Positions 42,819 to 55,135 of a stretch of 64,000 nucleotides of DNA are shown here, in pieces. Numbering within the stretch: position 1 is the first letter of the stretch; each line of letters begins with the position of its first letter. Under the pieces are notes generated by a model. That model worked only from the letters and a program-made list of their open reading frames with translations, had not been told where the DNA came from and ran no database searches. The DNA comes from Spironucleus salmonicida (taxonomy: Eukaryota): contig NC_090600.1 in assembly GCF_000497125.1 (NCBI RefSeq), positions 620,001 to 684,000 on the forward strand, written 5' to 3'. Made by a program: the position numbers and the translations under genes.

Positions 42819-45347
42819 ATGCAGACGCTCGACGACCTGTTTCTGACGCTGTTCACGGACCCCGCGCTCGCGGACTACCGCGCCCATCTGTCGCAGGTGC
42901 ACGCAGCGTTCGCGGGCCAGCAGAAGCAGCTAGCGACCCTCCTGGGCACGCTCGAGGACAAGCAGCAGCTCCTCGCGGCCGCCCAGCAGCAGTCGTCCGT
43001 GCTCATCGGCCAGGCGAAGGACCGGGAGATCCGCATCTTCCAGCTCCAGAAGTCGCTCGAGAACGCGATCTCGCAGGAGGAGGCGATGGGCCTCAAGCGC
43101 AAAATCGTCGAGTTCTACGAGGCGAACCAGGCGTACAAGGAGCGCTTGTCCCGCCAGGCTGGTGGCCAGGAGGCGGTGCAGCGGCTGCTCTCCGAGAATG
43201 AGGCCCTCCGCGCCGACAACGCGCGGCTCATGGCCCAGGACCCCGCGGAGCTGCAGCGGCTCCGCGACATGCTGGGGGCCCAACAACTGGAGACCCGCCG
43301 CCTCCAGCATCAGCTGGCGCAGCCCATGCAGGACGACTTCGACGAGCCCCTTGCGGTTCCGGCCGCCCCCGAGCCATCGGCTGGCTTCGAGCAGGCCCCG
43401 GTGCGCGCCCTTAGGGAGTTCGGTCCCCTCTTCGTGCAGTGCCGCACGCTACAGCCGTTCCTTGCGGAGCCCAGCGTCCACCAGTTTGCCGCGGCGTACC
43501 GCCAGGGCGACGTCCAAGCGCTGGTATCCCTGGAGGAGGAAGCCACTCGCGCTGCAAGTCAGGCTGCTGAAAATCTGGACGGCAGGTTCACGGCGGCAGA
43601 GCGCACCCTGGCCGCCATAGGAGAGCTACCGGGAAGCGACGTTACCAGCCTCTGCTACCTGGCAGGCCTGGCCGTGGCCGACGGGCGCCGCGAGCTCCTG
43701 GAGGTGCTTCGGTTGGAGGCGCTGCTTTCCCGCATCCAGCGCAGCGCGCCAGGGTCACCCTCCACCCCGCGTAGCACCCTCTTCACGACGACAAGCTTCC
43801 TAGCAGACCTCGGCACCTTCGTGGCGCAGAACCTTGACAAGGCTGGGGCCTGCCGCGACGCGGGTTTCAAAGAAGCCTACGCCACCCTGCGCAGCGTGTT
43901 CGAGCAGTTTCCGTCGGACACCACCTCGAGCCTGGAAGCGGAGGCCCTGCAGGCGGAATATAGGGCGCTCCTGGACCGCGCATCCGCATTGGCCGCCGTG
44001 GTGGCGGTGCGCTAGCCGGTGGTGATCACGGACCAGCTGAAGGCAGGCATGGCCGAGTTTGTGCAAGAGAACCTCGCTCAGTACGCTAAGCTGCCGGCCG
44101 GGACCGGGGCTGCGGACGAGTTCTACCTCGTACAACTCGCGGTGGCGCAGGACTGCTACACCGAGCAGAGCCTGCGAACGTACCAGGCGCTGGTAGAGCA
44201 GTAGGCGCCCCCGCCGCCCGCAAGGCTGCAGCCGCTCTTCCGGAAGACCCAGCCGATGCCGCTCCCCAAACCGAAGCTCCAGTTCCCGCGCCTGCTGGAG
44301 GTGGACCTCGCGGAGCCGAACATGCGGCGCCTGTACAGTGACTTGTACGCCCAGGTCTGCTCCGCTGAACGCCAGGTCTAGCTACTCCGGGGCGTGGTGA
44401 AGACGGACGAGGAGCGTGGCTCCCTCCAGCGCTTCATCGACGTGTGGTACCAGTTCGGTGCCAGGATCGCCGAGCGCTACGACACCCCTCTGACAGATGA
44501 CGAGGTTGCCAGCGAGGTCAGCGCACTGCGGCCCTACGAGGCCCTCCTAATTCAGACGCACGACGTCTTGTACGACGCCGTGCGCAAGGACCCGGATAGC
44601 ATCAAATACGCTGCCAAGTTTGTGTCTGCATACCGTGAGATGGAGTGGCAGGCTGCCTCTGAAGTGCGCAAGCTTTAGGACCCGAAACCTCTCCCCCCGA
44701 AGAAGCCATTTACGCTTCAGCCGTTACCATCAAGCTCCCAGATCCCAGAGCCCTTTTTGCAAGTCGTGGAGAGCGACCAGGGAGATTCTGCGGCAAGAGA
44801 GCCGCGCAAGAAGAAATCTGCGCGCAAAAAAAGGTCACTACAGGCCGAGCTTAGCGACCTCATCGCCTCTAAGAAGGCCCTGGAGCCCATCGGCCTGCGC
44901 GACGATACCCCCGAAGCCTTCAACCTGCCAGAGCCCCACGTCGTCCCTGCTGAGGTTATGGATGCGCCACAGGCAGTAGCAACCATTGCACATTCCACCT
45001 TGGAGCAGGATTTCCAGGCGGATGACCTGCTGGTGCAGACGGCCATCATGACCATAGTGAATAACCCGGAGCCGGATGTGCTCCACTCTCCGGTGTCCGA
45101 GGTAATATCCCAGCTCCCGGCTTCCCAGTACGCGGAGATAGAGCCCGTCACGACCCCTCGCACTGCCATCCAGCACGAGCGCTCCCCGTCGCCAGAAGTA
45201 TTTGAGGTTGGAAATAGTATCGAGATGTAGCCCGTCACGCAGGAGCTTGACACCGGGTTCGGATTTCAGGATGCCCCGCAACCCGAACCTAATGATGATT
45301 TCTAGATAGGCGGAGGGGACTTGGACTTCGGGGATATAGACTTCTGA
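42819..45347 (+). CDS. Hypothetical coiled-coil protein with acidic tail (842 aa), copy 1
   Basis: Four track ORFs join in one frame through TAG; ends LDFGDIDF-TGA. Confidence 0.85.
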
Positions 45348-45364
45348 CTGAGAGACACTAAACT

Positions 45365-45799
45365 TCACTTCCGCGCGGCGATTACCGCCAGACTTCCATC
45401 ACGCTGCCGGTGCTGACTTTACATGATCCCGTGATTGCACTACCGCACCATGCTCCGTAGGATCGGAGCGCTGCGGTAGGGGGTGCGCTTGGTAGCTTCT
45501 CCAAAGCCGGCAATGCGAAACAGGTCATCAGTAAAGAACGGTTCCTCATCCTCCTCTTTATCTGGCTTCTGTACTCTAGTTTTGGGTGTCTCTGATGCTT
45601 GTCGTAGCTTCTCGTCCATGGTGTCCTGCTGCGCAGTGAGCAGGGTCTGGTACTTGTGTGTTTTCTTCCCATACCACTAATACTGAGGCAGTAGGGAACG
45701 CACCTCACCAGCTTCTACCTATATAAAGTTAATATTCATGCTCTGCTTCATATAATTCCGGTCCTGGTTGAAAGCGAATTCAAAGCGGCTCTGCGCCAT
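45365..45799 (-). CDS. Hypothetical protein (144 aa), copy 1
   Basis: MAQSRFEFAFNQDRNY...; C-rich upstream; ends AAGTGA. Confidence 0.7.
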
Positions 45800-46470
45800 T
45801 CTGGAGGGGAGGGATTCTTAATTGTTTTTAAATAATATAGTGGTCGAAAACGGCGCGTCAGCTCCGAATCCGGGCTGCCTGCTGTATGAGGTGGATGATA
45901 ATATCTATAGAGAAAGAAAAATTAATTAAAACTATTTTAAACTATTCACTTTACCTAAAGAATCATGAATTACCCATAACTTGACAATCTTTATACACTA
46001 AATCTGACGTTTATATTATTACAAGAATATTCTATCTACTCTTAATATATTAATATTATTATATTATTAATAACATTAAATAATTGAAAGATTGATATAC
46101 AAACTAGTGTTATTTGAGAATACAGTAGGATAGCTTCTTATCAAATAACTGAAATAAAGAAAGGAATAATTTAAATTTAATTAAATTGGCACAACGTAAC
46201 ATAGAAATATAGTTGAAGTATTAAAATTCCATTCATTTTTGTTTACCACCAATTTGAAAATCTAAACATATATATACATATATTAATTCTGTAATCTAAT
46301 ATTAGTATGTATATTATATAATATTATATATTCTTTATTGCATCTAATCATGTATTATTTATAATTTTACTAATAACAAAATATACAAAATATTGTATAA
46401 CCATACAATACTAAATATTACCATTATTATATATATAAACTGTATATATACTAATTCCACTTCCCATTGA

Positions 46471-46917
46471 ATGCTTACTATTCCTTAGCGTAATTAATAG
46501 TATTCTGATTTAGCTATGTAGCATGCACTCAAACCATAAAATGTAGGTACGATGGATGAATCATCAGCTCTTGTAGGTACAGGAATTGTTGGTAATGTAA
46601 ATTGCGGTGATGTGATGCAGCTCCAAATTAAAATTGAAAATAATAAAATCACTGATGCAAAGTTTAAGACTTTTGGGTGTGGTGCAGCTGTTGCCAGTTC
46701 CAGTTACGCAACCGAGTTGGTTCAAGGAAAAACTGTAGAAGATGCTAAGAAGCTGCTAAACACAGATATCAGCAAAAAGCTTAGTTTACCACCTGTTAAG
46801 CTCCACTGCTCTCTACTAGCAGAAGAAGCAATTAAGGAGGCAATTAAGGATTTTGAATCAAAAAATTAAAAGAAATAAGGTGAAAACTGTGCTAGCCATG
46901 AGTGTGGGTGCCATTGA
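46471..46917 (+). CDS. IscU: Fe-S cluster scaffold IscU (148 aa)
   Basis: CGDVMQLQI, FKTFGCG, LPPVKLHCS. Confidence 0.95.
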
Positions 46918-47022
46918 TTTAACATGATTTTTATGTATTATAATTATTTAAAGGATTCATAATTTAAAAAATTTTTTTTAGTAAAATCACGCAGAAATTG
47001 TACATTAGATTATACAAGTATG

Positions 47023-47349
47023 TCATACCAATCTTATATGGTTACTTTTTCTTTTTCGTAGTGAAATTTTAACTGTGACCAATATGGTTATTAACAATAT
47101 CACAATACCTAAGAGGCATCCTAAAATAACTCCTGATATTTCAAATTTATCATCAGCTAATTTAAGGCAACCTTTTCCAATCTAAGGTTCATAACCGAGA
47201 AGGCAAAGTCTACATCCAATACTATTACATACTGCACAGTTCTATACTGATAATCCACAGTTACATGGGAAAATAATATTTTTCATATCACATAGTAGTG
47301 CATTGTTATCAGAATCACAATATTATCCGTAAGAAGGGCTACATGTCAT
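47023..47349 (-). CDS. Small cysteine-rich membrane protein (108 aa)
   Basis: CxxC motifs, hydrophobic GVILGCLLGIVILLITILVTV, basic RKRK tail. Confidence 0.75.
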
Positions 47350-48100
47350 TTTTATTTTAATATTATTTAGTATTATTATATTTATAACATTTATTATAAA
47401 TAATGTAAACAACAATTAAAGAAACATAAAAATTAAAATGAATTATAGAATTACACATTTCCTTAATAATTGGTATTTGATATTAAGAAGTAATATATAA
47501 TTCTGCTTATAATTTAAATTAATATAATTTGTTTGAATAATTTTATAGGTTTATGATGGATTATTTTAAATAAGAATATGTTATTATAAAATTTTACTAA
47601 ATTAAGAACCAAATCCTAATTAAAAATAATAATATTTCATGATATTTTTCGTGAATTCCAAAATATACCTAAATTTCATATTTAACTAACAGAATGCATA
47701 ATTAAAACCTTTTAAGTATAAAGTATATGCAAAGGATATTCTAATTTTATTTGAAATTATAATTATCTTAAATATTTATTAGTTTTTTCTTCATATTAAT
47801 TATATAAAATATAATAAATATATAATAAAAACTGCTTATTATGTTTTATAAACTATAAGTTAGATTATAAGTTAACCTTATTACTTATATGACGATCTAC
47901 TCTCATTATAAATAATCAACTTGCTTTCTCTAATAAATCTGCGGCTAGATTAGAATCTCATCTTTTTTAAAACAATAATTCTTTGTAGATTATAGCCGTT
48001 CTCATCCACCTCATACAGCAGGCAGCCCGGATTCGGAGCTGACGCGCCGTTTTCGACCACTATATTATTTAAAAACAATTAAGAATCCCTCCCCTCCAGA

Positions 48101-48535
48101 ATGGCGCAGAGCCGCTTTGAATTCGCTTTCAACCAGGACCGGAATTATATGAAGCAGAGCATGAATATTAACTTTATATAGGTAGAAGCTGGTGAGGTGC
48201 GTTCCCTACTGCCTCAGTATTAGTGGTATGGGAAGAAAACACACAAGTACCAGACCCTGCTCACTGCGCAGCAGGACACCATGGACGAGAAGCTACGACA
48301 AGCATCAGAGACACCCAAAACTAGAGTACAGAAGCCAGATAAAGAGGAGGATGAGGAACCGTTCTTTACTGATGACCTGTTTCGCATTGCCGGCTTTGGA
48401 GAAGCTACCAAGCGCACCCCCTACCGCAGCGCTCCGATCCTACGGAGCATGGTGCGGTAGTGCAATCACGGGATCATGTAAAGTCAGCACCGGCAGCGTG
48501 ATGGAAGTCTGGCGGTAATCGCCGCGCGGAAGTGA
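48101..48535 (+). CDS. Hypothetical protein (144 aa), copy 2
   Basis: Mirror of 45365-45799. Confidence 0.7.
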
Positions 48536-48552
48536 AGTTTAGTGTCTCTCAG

Positions 48553-51081
48553 TCAGAAGTCTATATCCCCGAAGTCCAAGTCCCCTCCGCCTATCTAGAA
48601 ATCATCATTAGGTTCGGGTTGCGGGGCATCCTGAAATCCGAACCCGGTGTCAAGCTCCTGCGTGACGGGCTACATCTCGATACTATTTCCAACCTCAAAT
48701 ACTTCTGGCGACGGGGAGCGCTCGTGCTGGATGGCAGTGCGAGGGGTCGTGACGGGCTCTATCTCCGCGTACTGGGAAGCCGGGAGCTGGGATATTACCT
48801 CGGACACCGGAGAGTGGAGCACATCCGGCTCCGGGTTATTCACTATGGTCATGATGGCCGTCTGCACCAGCAGGTCATCCGCCTGGAAATCCTGCTCCAA
48901 GGTGGAATGTGCAATGGTTGCTACTGCCTGTGGCGCATCCATAACCTCAGCAGGGACGACGTGGGGCTCTGGCAGGTTGAAGGCTTCGGGGGTATCGTCG
49001 CGCAGGCCGATGGGCTCCAGGGCCTTCTTAGAGGCGATGAGGTCGCTAAGCTCGGCCTGTAGTGACCTTTTTTTGCGCGCAGATTTCTTCTTGCGCGGCT
49101 CTCTTGCCGCAGAATCTCCCTGGTCGCTCTCCACGACTTGCAAAAAGGGCTCTGGGATCTGGGAGCTTGATGGTAACGGCTGAAGCGTAAATGGCTTCTT
49201 CGGGGGGAGAGGTTTCGGGTCCTAAAGCTTGCGCACTTCAGAGGCAGCCTGCCACTCCATCTCACGGTATGCAGACACAAACTTGGCAGCGTATTTGATG
49301 CTATCCGGGTCCTTGCGCACGGCGTCGTACAAGACGTCGTGCGTCTGAATTAGGAGGGCCTCGTAGGGCCGCAGTGCGCTGACCTCGCTGGCAACCTCGT
49401 CATCTGTCAGAGGGGTGTCGTAGCGCTCGGCGATCCTGGCACCGAACTGGTACCACACGTCGATGAAGCGCTGGAGGGAGCCACGCTCCTCGTCCGTCTT
49501 CACCACGCCCCGGAGTAGCTAGACCTGGCGTTCAGCGGAGCAGACCTGGGCGTACAAGTCACTGTACAGGCGCCGCATGTTCGGCTCCGCGAGGTCCACC
49601 TCCAGCAGGCGCGGGAACTGGAGCTTCGGTTTGGGGAGCGGCATCGGCTGGGTCTTCCGGAAGAGCGGCTGCAGCCTTGCGGGCGGCGGGGGCGCCTACT
49701 GCTCTACCAGCGCCTGGTACGTTCGCAGGCTCTGCTCGGTGTAGCAGTCCTGCGCCACCGCGAGTTGTACGAGGTAGAACTCGTCCGCAGCCCCGGTCCC
49801 GGCCGGCAGCTTAGCGTACTGAGCGAGGTTCTCTTGCACAAACTCGGCCATGCCTGCCTTCAGCTGGTCCGTGATCACCACCGGCTAGCGCACCGCCACC
49901 ACGGCGGCCAATGCGGATGCGCGGTCCAGGAGCGCCCTATATTCCGCCTGCAGGGCCTCCGCTTCCAGGCTCGAGGTGGTGTCCGACGGAAACTGCTCGA
50001 ACACGCTGCGCAGGGTGGCGTAGGCTTCTTTGAAACCCGCGTCGCGGCAGGCCCCAGCCTTGTCAAGGTTCTGCGCCACGAAGGTGCCGAGGTCTGCTAG
50101 GAAGCTTGTCGTCGTGAAGAGGGTGCTACGCGGGGTGGAGGGTGACCCTGGCGCGCTGCGCTGGATGCGGGAAAGCAGCGCCTCCAACCGAAGCACCTCC
50201 AGGAGCTCGCGGCGCCCGTCGGCCACGGCCAGGCCTGCCAGGTAGCAGAGGCTGGTAACGTCGCTTCCCGGTAGCTCTCCCATGGCGGCCAGGGTGCGCT
50301 CTGCCGCCGTGAACCTGCCGTCCAGATTTTCAGCAGCCTGACTTGCAGCGCGAGTGGCTTCCTCCTCCAGGGATACCAGCGCTTGGACGTCGCCCTGGCG
50401 GTACGCCGCGGCAAACTGGTGGACGCTGGGCTCCGCAAGGAACGGCTGTAGCGTGCGGCACTGCACGAAGAGGGGACCGAACTCCCTAAGGGCGCGCACC
50501 GGGGCCTGCTCGAAGCCAGCCGATGGCTCGGGGGCGGCCGGAACCGCAAGGGGCTCGTCGAAGTCGTCCTGCATGGGCTGCGCCAGCTGATGCTGGAGGC
50601 GGCGGGTCTCCAGTTGTTGGGCCCCCAGCATGTCGCGGAGCCGCTGCAGCTCCGCGGGGTCCTGGGCCATGAGCCGCGCGTTGTCGGCGCGGAGGGCCTC
50701 ATTCTCGGAGAGCAGCCGCTGCACCGCCTCCTGGCCACCAGCCTGGCGGGACAAGCGCTCCTTGTACGCCTGGTTCGCCTCGTAGAACTCGACGATTTTG
50801 CGCTTGAGGCCCATCGCCTCCTCCTGCGAGATCGCGTTCTCGAGCGACTTCTGGAGCTGGAAGATGCGGATCTCCCGGTCCTTCGCCTGGCCGATGAGCA
50901 CGGACGACTGCTGCTGGGCGGCCGCGAGGAGCTGCTGCTTGTCCTCGAGCGTGCCCAGGAGGGTCGCTAGCTGCTTCTGCTGGCCCGCGAACGCTGCGTG
51001 CACCTGCGACAGATGGGCGCGGTAGTCCGCGAGCGCGGGGTCCGTGAACAGCGTCAGAAACAGGTCGTCGAGCGTCTGCAT
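48553..51081 (-). CDS. Hypothetical coiled-coil protein (842 aa), copy 2
   Basis: Mirror of 42819-45347 with one I/M change. Confidence 0.85.
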
Positions 51082-51473
51082 TTTTGCGCTAAACAGCCCG
51101 CTTTTATATATATAGGCGACCGCCGCGAAATTGAATTTGGGCTTCCGCTCCCCCAGTGATGAGGATTTATCCCTGGCTAACTAAATGCTGATAAATTTAT
51201 TCTGACGATCCCAATTATGTATACCGCTGCCGTGCGCCTGCGGAGTTATCTTTTAACCTCACTCGCGGCCTCCCGCTGCACCCTAGTCTGTCTGGACCCA
51301 GCCCAGCCCTGCACCTTTTGCCCTCGCCGGCTCGGACGCCAGCACGGCGCTGCCGGTCCGCTCCGAATGCGAGTAATGTACCAGGTAATCCAGAATCGTC
51401 CGGCAGGAAAATAGGTTTTCGCCTATACTAAAAGGGTATTCTGCCAGGAAACTAGCCTATGTGGCCCGGAAAA

Positions 51474-51722
51474 ATGCACAGGCCGCTGCTGGAATTCATC
51501 GCCGCGCGCACGGGCACGCTCCCCGTCCTCCTGCACGCCGACGCGAAGCTGCTGGACGCGGCCTTCCGGGAGGTGGTCCGCCGGTACTCGCTGGTCTACA
51601 TCTCGGACGCCACGGGGGTCTCGGTCCCCAGGATTCGCCGGCTGCACGGCATGACCGCGGCGCAGGGCCGGTGCCAGCGGGCGTGCGGCCTGCTCCGCCG
51701 ACTGGCCAGGCGCCTTGTGTGA
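51474..51722 (+). CDS. Small basic hypothetical protein, copy 2
   Basis: Mirror of 42178-42426. Confidence 0.5.
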   Translation: MHRPLLEFIAARTGTLPVLLHADAKLLDAAFREVVRRYSLVYISDATGVSVPRIRRLHGMTAAQGRCQRACGLLRRLARRLV

Positions 51723-51737
51723 CGGGTTTTTGAACAC

Positions 51738-52004
51738 TCACTTGAAGCTCAGGATGTTGTCCGAGCTGGCATGCTGCATCGAGCCCAGCACGCTCTCCAG
51801 GCGCCGGTGGGAGATTCTCTTCTCGTCCGCGCTCTGCGAGAGGGCGCCGCTTTGCATCTGCCGTTGGTCAACGGTGCGGCTTATCAGGCTGCGCTGGGAA
51901 ATGGTGTTGTCTAGCACAGGGGGAGCGATGGCTACCGTGACGCGCCTCGCCTCGTTGATGTCGCCTATGATGTCGTCGTGCAGTTGCGAAACTGCGGCTC
52001 CCAT
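51738..52004 (-). CDS. Small MGxxxS protein, copy 2
   Basis: Mirror of 41896-42162. Confidence 0.65.
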   Translation of the reverse strand: MGAAVSQLHDDIIGDINEARRVTVAIAPPVLDNTISQRSLISRTVDQRQMQSGALSQSADEKRISHRRLESVLGSMQHASSDNILSFK

Positions 52005-52634
52005 TTTCTTAAGCGTTATATAATGTATTTATTCCGTATTTTGTAAAGGAAAGTTGTCAAAATTCGGATTTATTTAATATTACAATATTTAAATATTGCG
52101 AAATATTAAAATTGCATTTTCTATTTAGTTTGGTATAAAATACTTTTAATATATAAAATAATATAAAATATTGTAAATTAGTATGAAAAAGCTCATAAAC
52201 TTATTATAATGGTTTATAATAATAGAAAAAGTGTATAGATTGTTATAACATATTTATGTATCATACTCTTTTATTACGCTTCTATCAACCTGATGAAACA
52301 TAGAAACTGAGAATATTGGAGGAATTAATGGGTAAATCATTATACTTATTATTTGGTTATAATTAAGCATAATGTTAATAACTTTCCACATCAAAACTAG
52401 CTATTAGGAAATAATATTCTCCTAATTGTTCATATTTTGTAATTAGCTATTAAATTATTATTTATTCAACGTATATAGGACATATTTACTTATTTTTTAA
52501 TTGCAAATATCTTATTTACAATATATAATTGTGATCAAATAAATATCTGAGAGTAATTATAATTATTAATGAAACAATTCCAAATAACTAATAAGATAAA
52601 TATAATATATTATAACTTATATAAAATAAAATTA

Positions 52635-54259
52635 TTATTTACCACTCCTTCATATGTAAGAATGCAACATGTTCTGCACGCTCGGTCCTTCCTGCAAGGA
52701 CCCCAAGGTTATTGCCGAGCTCATCAACCAGGGCATCACCACCATCCGTATCAACTTCTCCCACGGCACCTGCGCTGACCACACCGAGTACTACAACAAC
52801 ATCAAGGAGGCCGAGAAGATTGCCGGGCGTAAGGTCCACATTTTCGGCGACATCCAGGGCCCCAAGCTCAGAATCAACAAGTTCGCAGGCGGCCCGCAGC
52901 AGGTCGTGAAGGGCCAGTCCTTCATCCTCGATGAGTCCCCACTCGACGGTGACAACACCCGCGTGTACCTCCCCCACCCCGAGTTCTTTGACGTCTGCCA
53001 GGTCGGCGACGCCATCCTCATCAATGACGGTATCGTCGTCGTCGAGTGCACCAAGAACCACACCAACGCTGCCGGTATCAGAGAAATCGTCACCAAGGTA
53101 GTCCGCGAGGGCACCATCTCCGATAGAAAGGGTGTCGCTCTTCCTGCCCGCGTGCTCCCCCTGAGCACCACCTCCCCCCGCGATGTCGAGTGCATCGAGA
53201 ACGCCTGCGCCATCGGCATTGAGTGCATCATGCTTTCCTTCATCCAGACCGCCGACGACGTTCGCGCCGCCAAGAAGATCATCAACGGCCGCGCCAAGGT
53301 CATGCCCAAGATCGAGAAGCCCACCGCCGTCCTCGACCTCCACGAGATCTGCAAGGAGTGCGAGATCATGCTCATCGCCCGTGGCGACCTCGCCGTCGAG
53401 ACGAAGCTCTGCCGTGTGAACTACCTCCAGAAGTACATCACCGACGTCTGCCGCCAGCACAACGTCAAGATCGTCTGCGCCACGCAGCACCTCGAGTCCC
53501 TCATAGAGCTCGAGACCCCCACCATCGCCGAAATGTCCGACATCGCCAACGCCATCTACGACGGCTGCGACGGTATCCTCGTGACCGGCGAGTGCGCCTC
53601 CGGGCTCAACTCCGCCAACACCATCAGCTGGCTCAAGAAGGCCATCCTCGCCACCGGCGCCACCATGAACCCCGACGCCCCTCTCTTCAAGTGATTCTAT
53701 CATTTTATCGTGTCCCTCGCGGCAGATGCTGTTCGAGCGACGATATACCCGACCCAATTTCGGTATGGGCGGCGAAGGCTCACGCACGAGGCGGGTTAAT
53801 TCTGCCGCCAGGAAAACCAACCCAGCCCCGATGAAGCGCTGCATGCTCACTTGCTCTGCCCTTGCTGGCCGGACCTCAGGCGCTGATTAGGTCTGCGAAC
53901 TTGAGGATAAAAATGAAGAGCGCCTGCCACCAGACCAAGAAGCGGTAGAGCTAGCAGAACACCGAGATCGGGTGGGAGTGGTGCTCGTATATGGTCACCA
54001 TGGTATCGATGTTGAGAATCTCCAGGCTGAAGCACCCCTAAATCAGCTTCTTGCCCAGAACTGAGTCCTTGTAGAAGTAGAAGTACAGCAGAAATACCCC
54101 GGTGGCCTGCAAGGTCATCTGCGAGCACATCAGTATGTCGAGGTCGTACTTGAAGGCGAAGGTATCTGCGCTCTGCTGCTGCGTGAGCTCCTTCCACAGA
54201 ATCAGAATCTTGGCGGCTATCCGGATAAGCTGGCTGGCCATATTGGTATGCATTCTAAG
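52635..54259. repeat. Palindrome arm B'
   Basis: Reverse complement of 39395-41019. Confidence 0.95.
52654..53694 (+). CDS. PYK: Pyruvate kinase (truncated form), copy 2
   Basis: Same protein as 39960-41000. Confidence 0.9.
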
Positions 54260-54337
54260 TGTTTTATACTAAAATACACTTATTTATTTTGCGTCTGAAG
54301 AATTATTGTGAGATTCTGGTATGAGAAAAAGATCCAT
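53876..54337 (-). CDS. Small membrane protein, full-length copy (153 aa)
   Basis: MDLFLIPES...MHTNMASQLIR...; N-terminus matches 38365 paralogue. Confidence 0.8.
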
Positions 54338-55135
54338 TTTGAAAAATATAAACTCGATAATGATTGATTCTTAATTAATATAAAAGATTCAAATTTTGTA
54401 TTTTGTTTTCAGTTATTAGTAAATCAAATGAAAACCTATAATACTTTTTTATTATGATATATTTCTTTATAGTAATTAATATATTAAATAAACTATCAAA
54501 ATAAAGTAATACGTTAATATTTAATATAATATGGAATTATGTAATTTTAGTATTTTCAATAAATACGTCCTATATATATATATATATAACTAATTTTATT
54601 TTCATAGTTAATGTTTTGTTTACATAAATCTTCTACTATGAACATTTATTTTAATAATAAGCCTACACCTAATTAGAAATAAAAGTAATATATTCATCGT
54701 AATAAAATTAAAAAAATCACTATTATAATGATTCTCGGCATAAGTTCAGTTTTGGATATAAAAATATCTAAATAATTTAATTTGGTTTAATAAAAATTTA
54801 TTTACTTAAGTTACTTGTATTTATAATTAATCTATAGGATAATATTTATCTATAACACAATATTATACATTTATATAGAAAACTGCAACTTTCAATGGGA
54901 AGAAAAATGGTTTCATAGAAAAAATAGTTAAACTTATTTTTTCTAAACATATATTTTATTTCTTATTTAAATATAGATATTTCAGTGATTATTAAAAATT
55001 TAATTCATTTGCATTAAAATAAGATTTCCAGTGGAATTTGATAATACTATATAGTTGAAAATAAAATATCACATCAACTATTAATCATAAAGTTTAACTA
55101 TACATTTTTACTATATAAGAAATTATTTTTAGGAT

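Larger units (their letters stand above)
41893..45898. repeat. Palindrome arm C (4006 bp; partner 48002-52007)
   Basis: Coordinates sum to 93900; one difference noticed (43619/50281). Confidence 0.97.
48002..52007. repeat. Palindrome arm C'
   Basis: Reverse complement of 41893-45898. Confidence 0.97.

Noticed and set aside
41893-52007. Composite transposon or long-TIR element
   Set aside because: No transposase, integrase or RT motifs, no target-site duplication seen; arms hold ordinary host genes.
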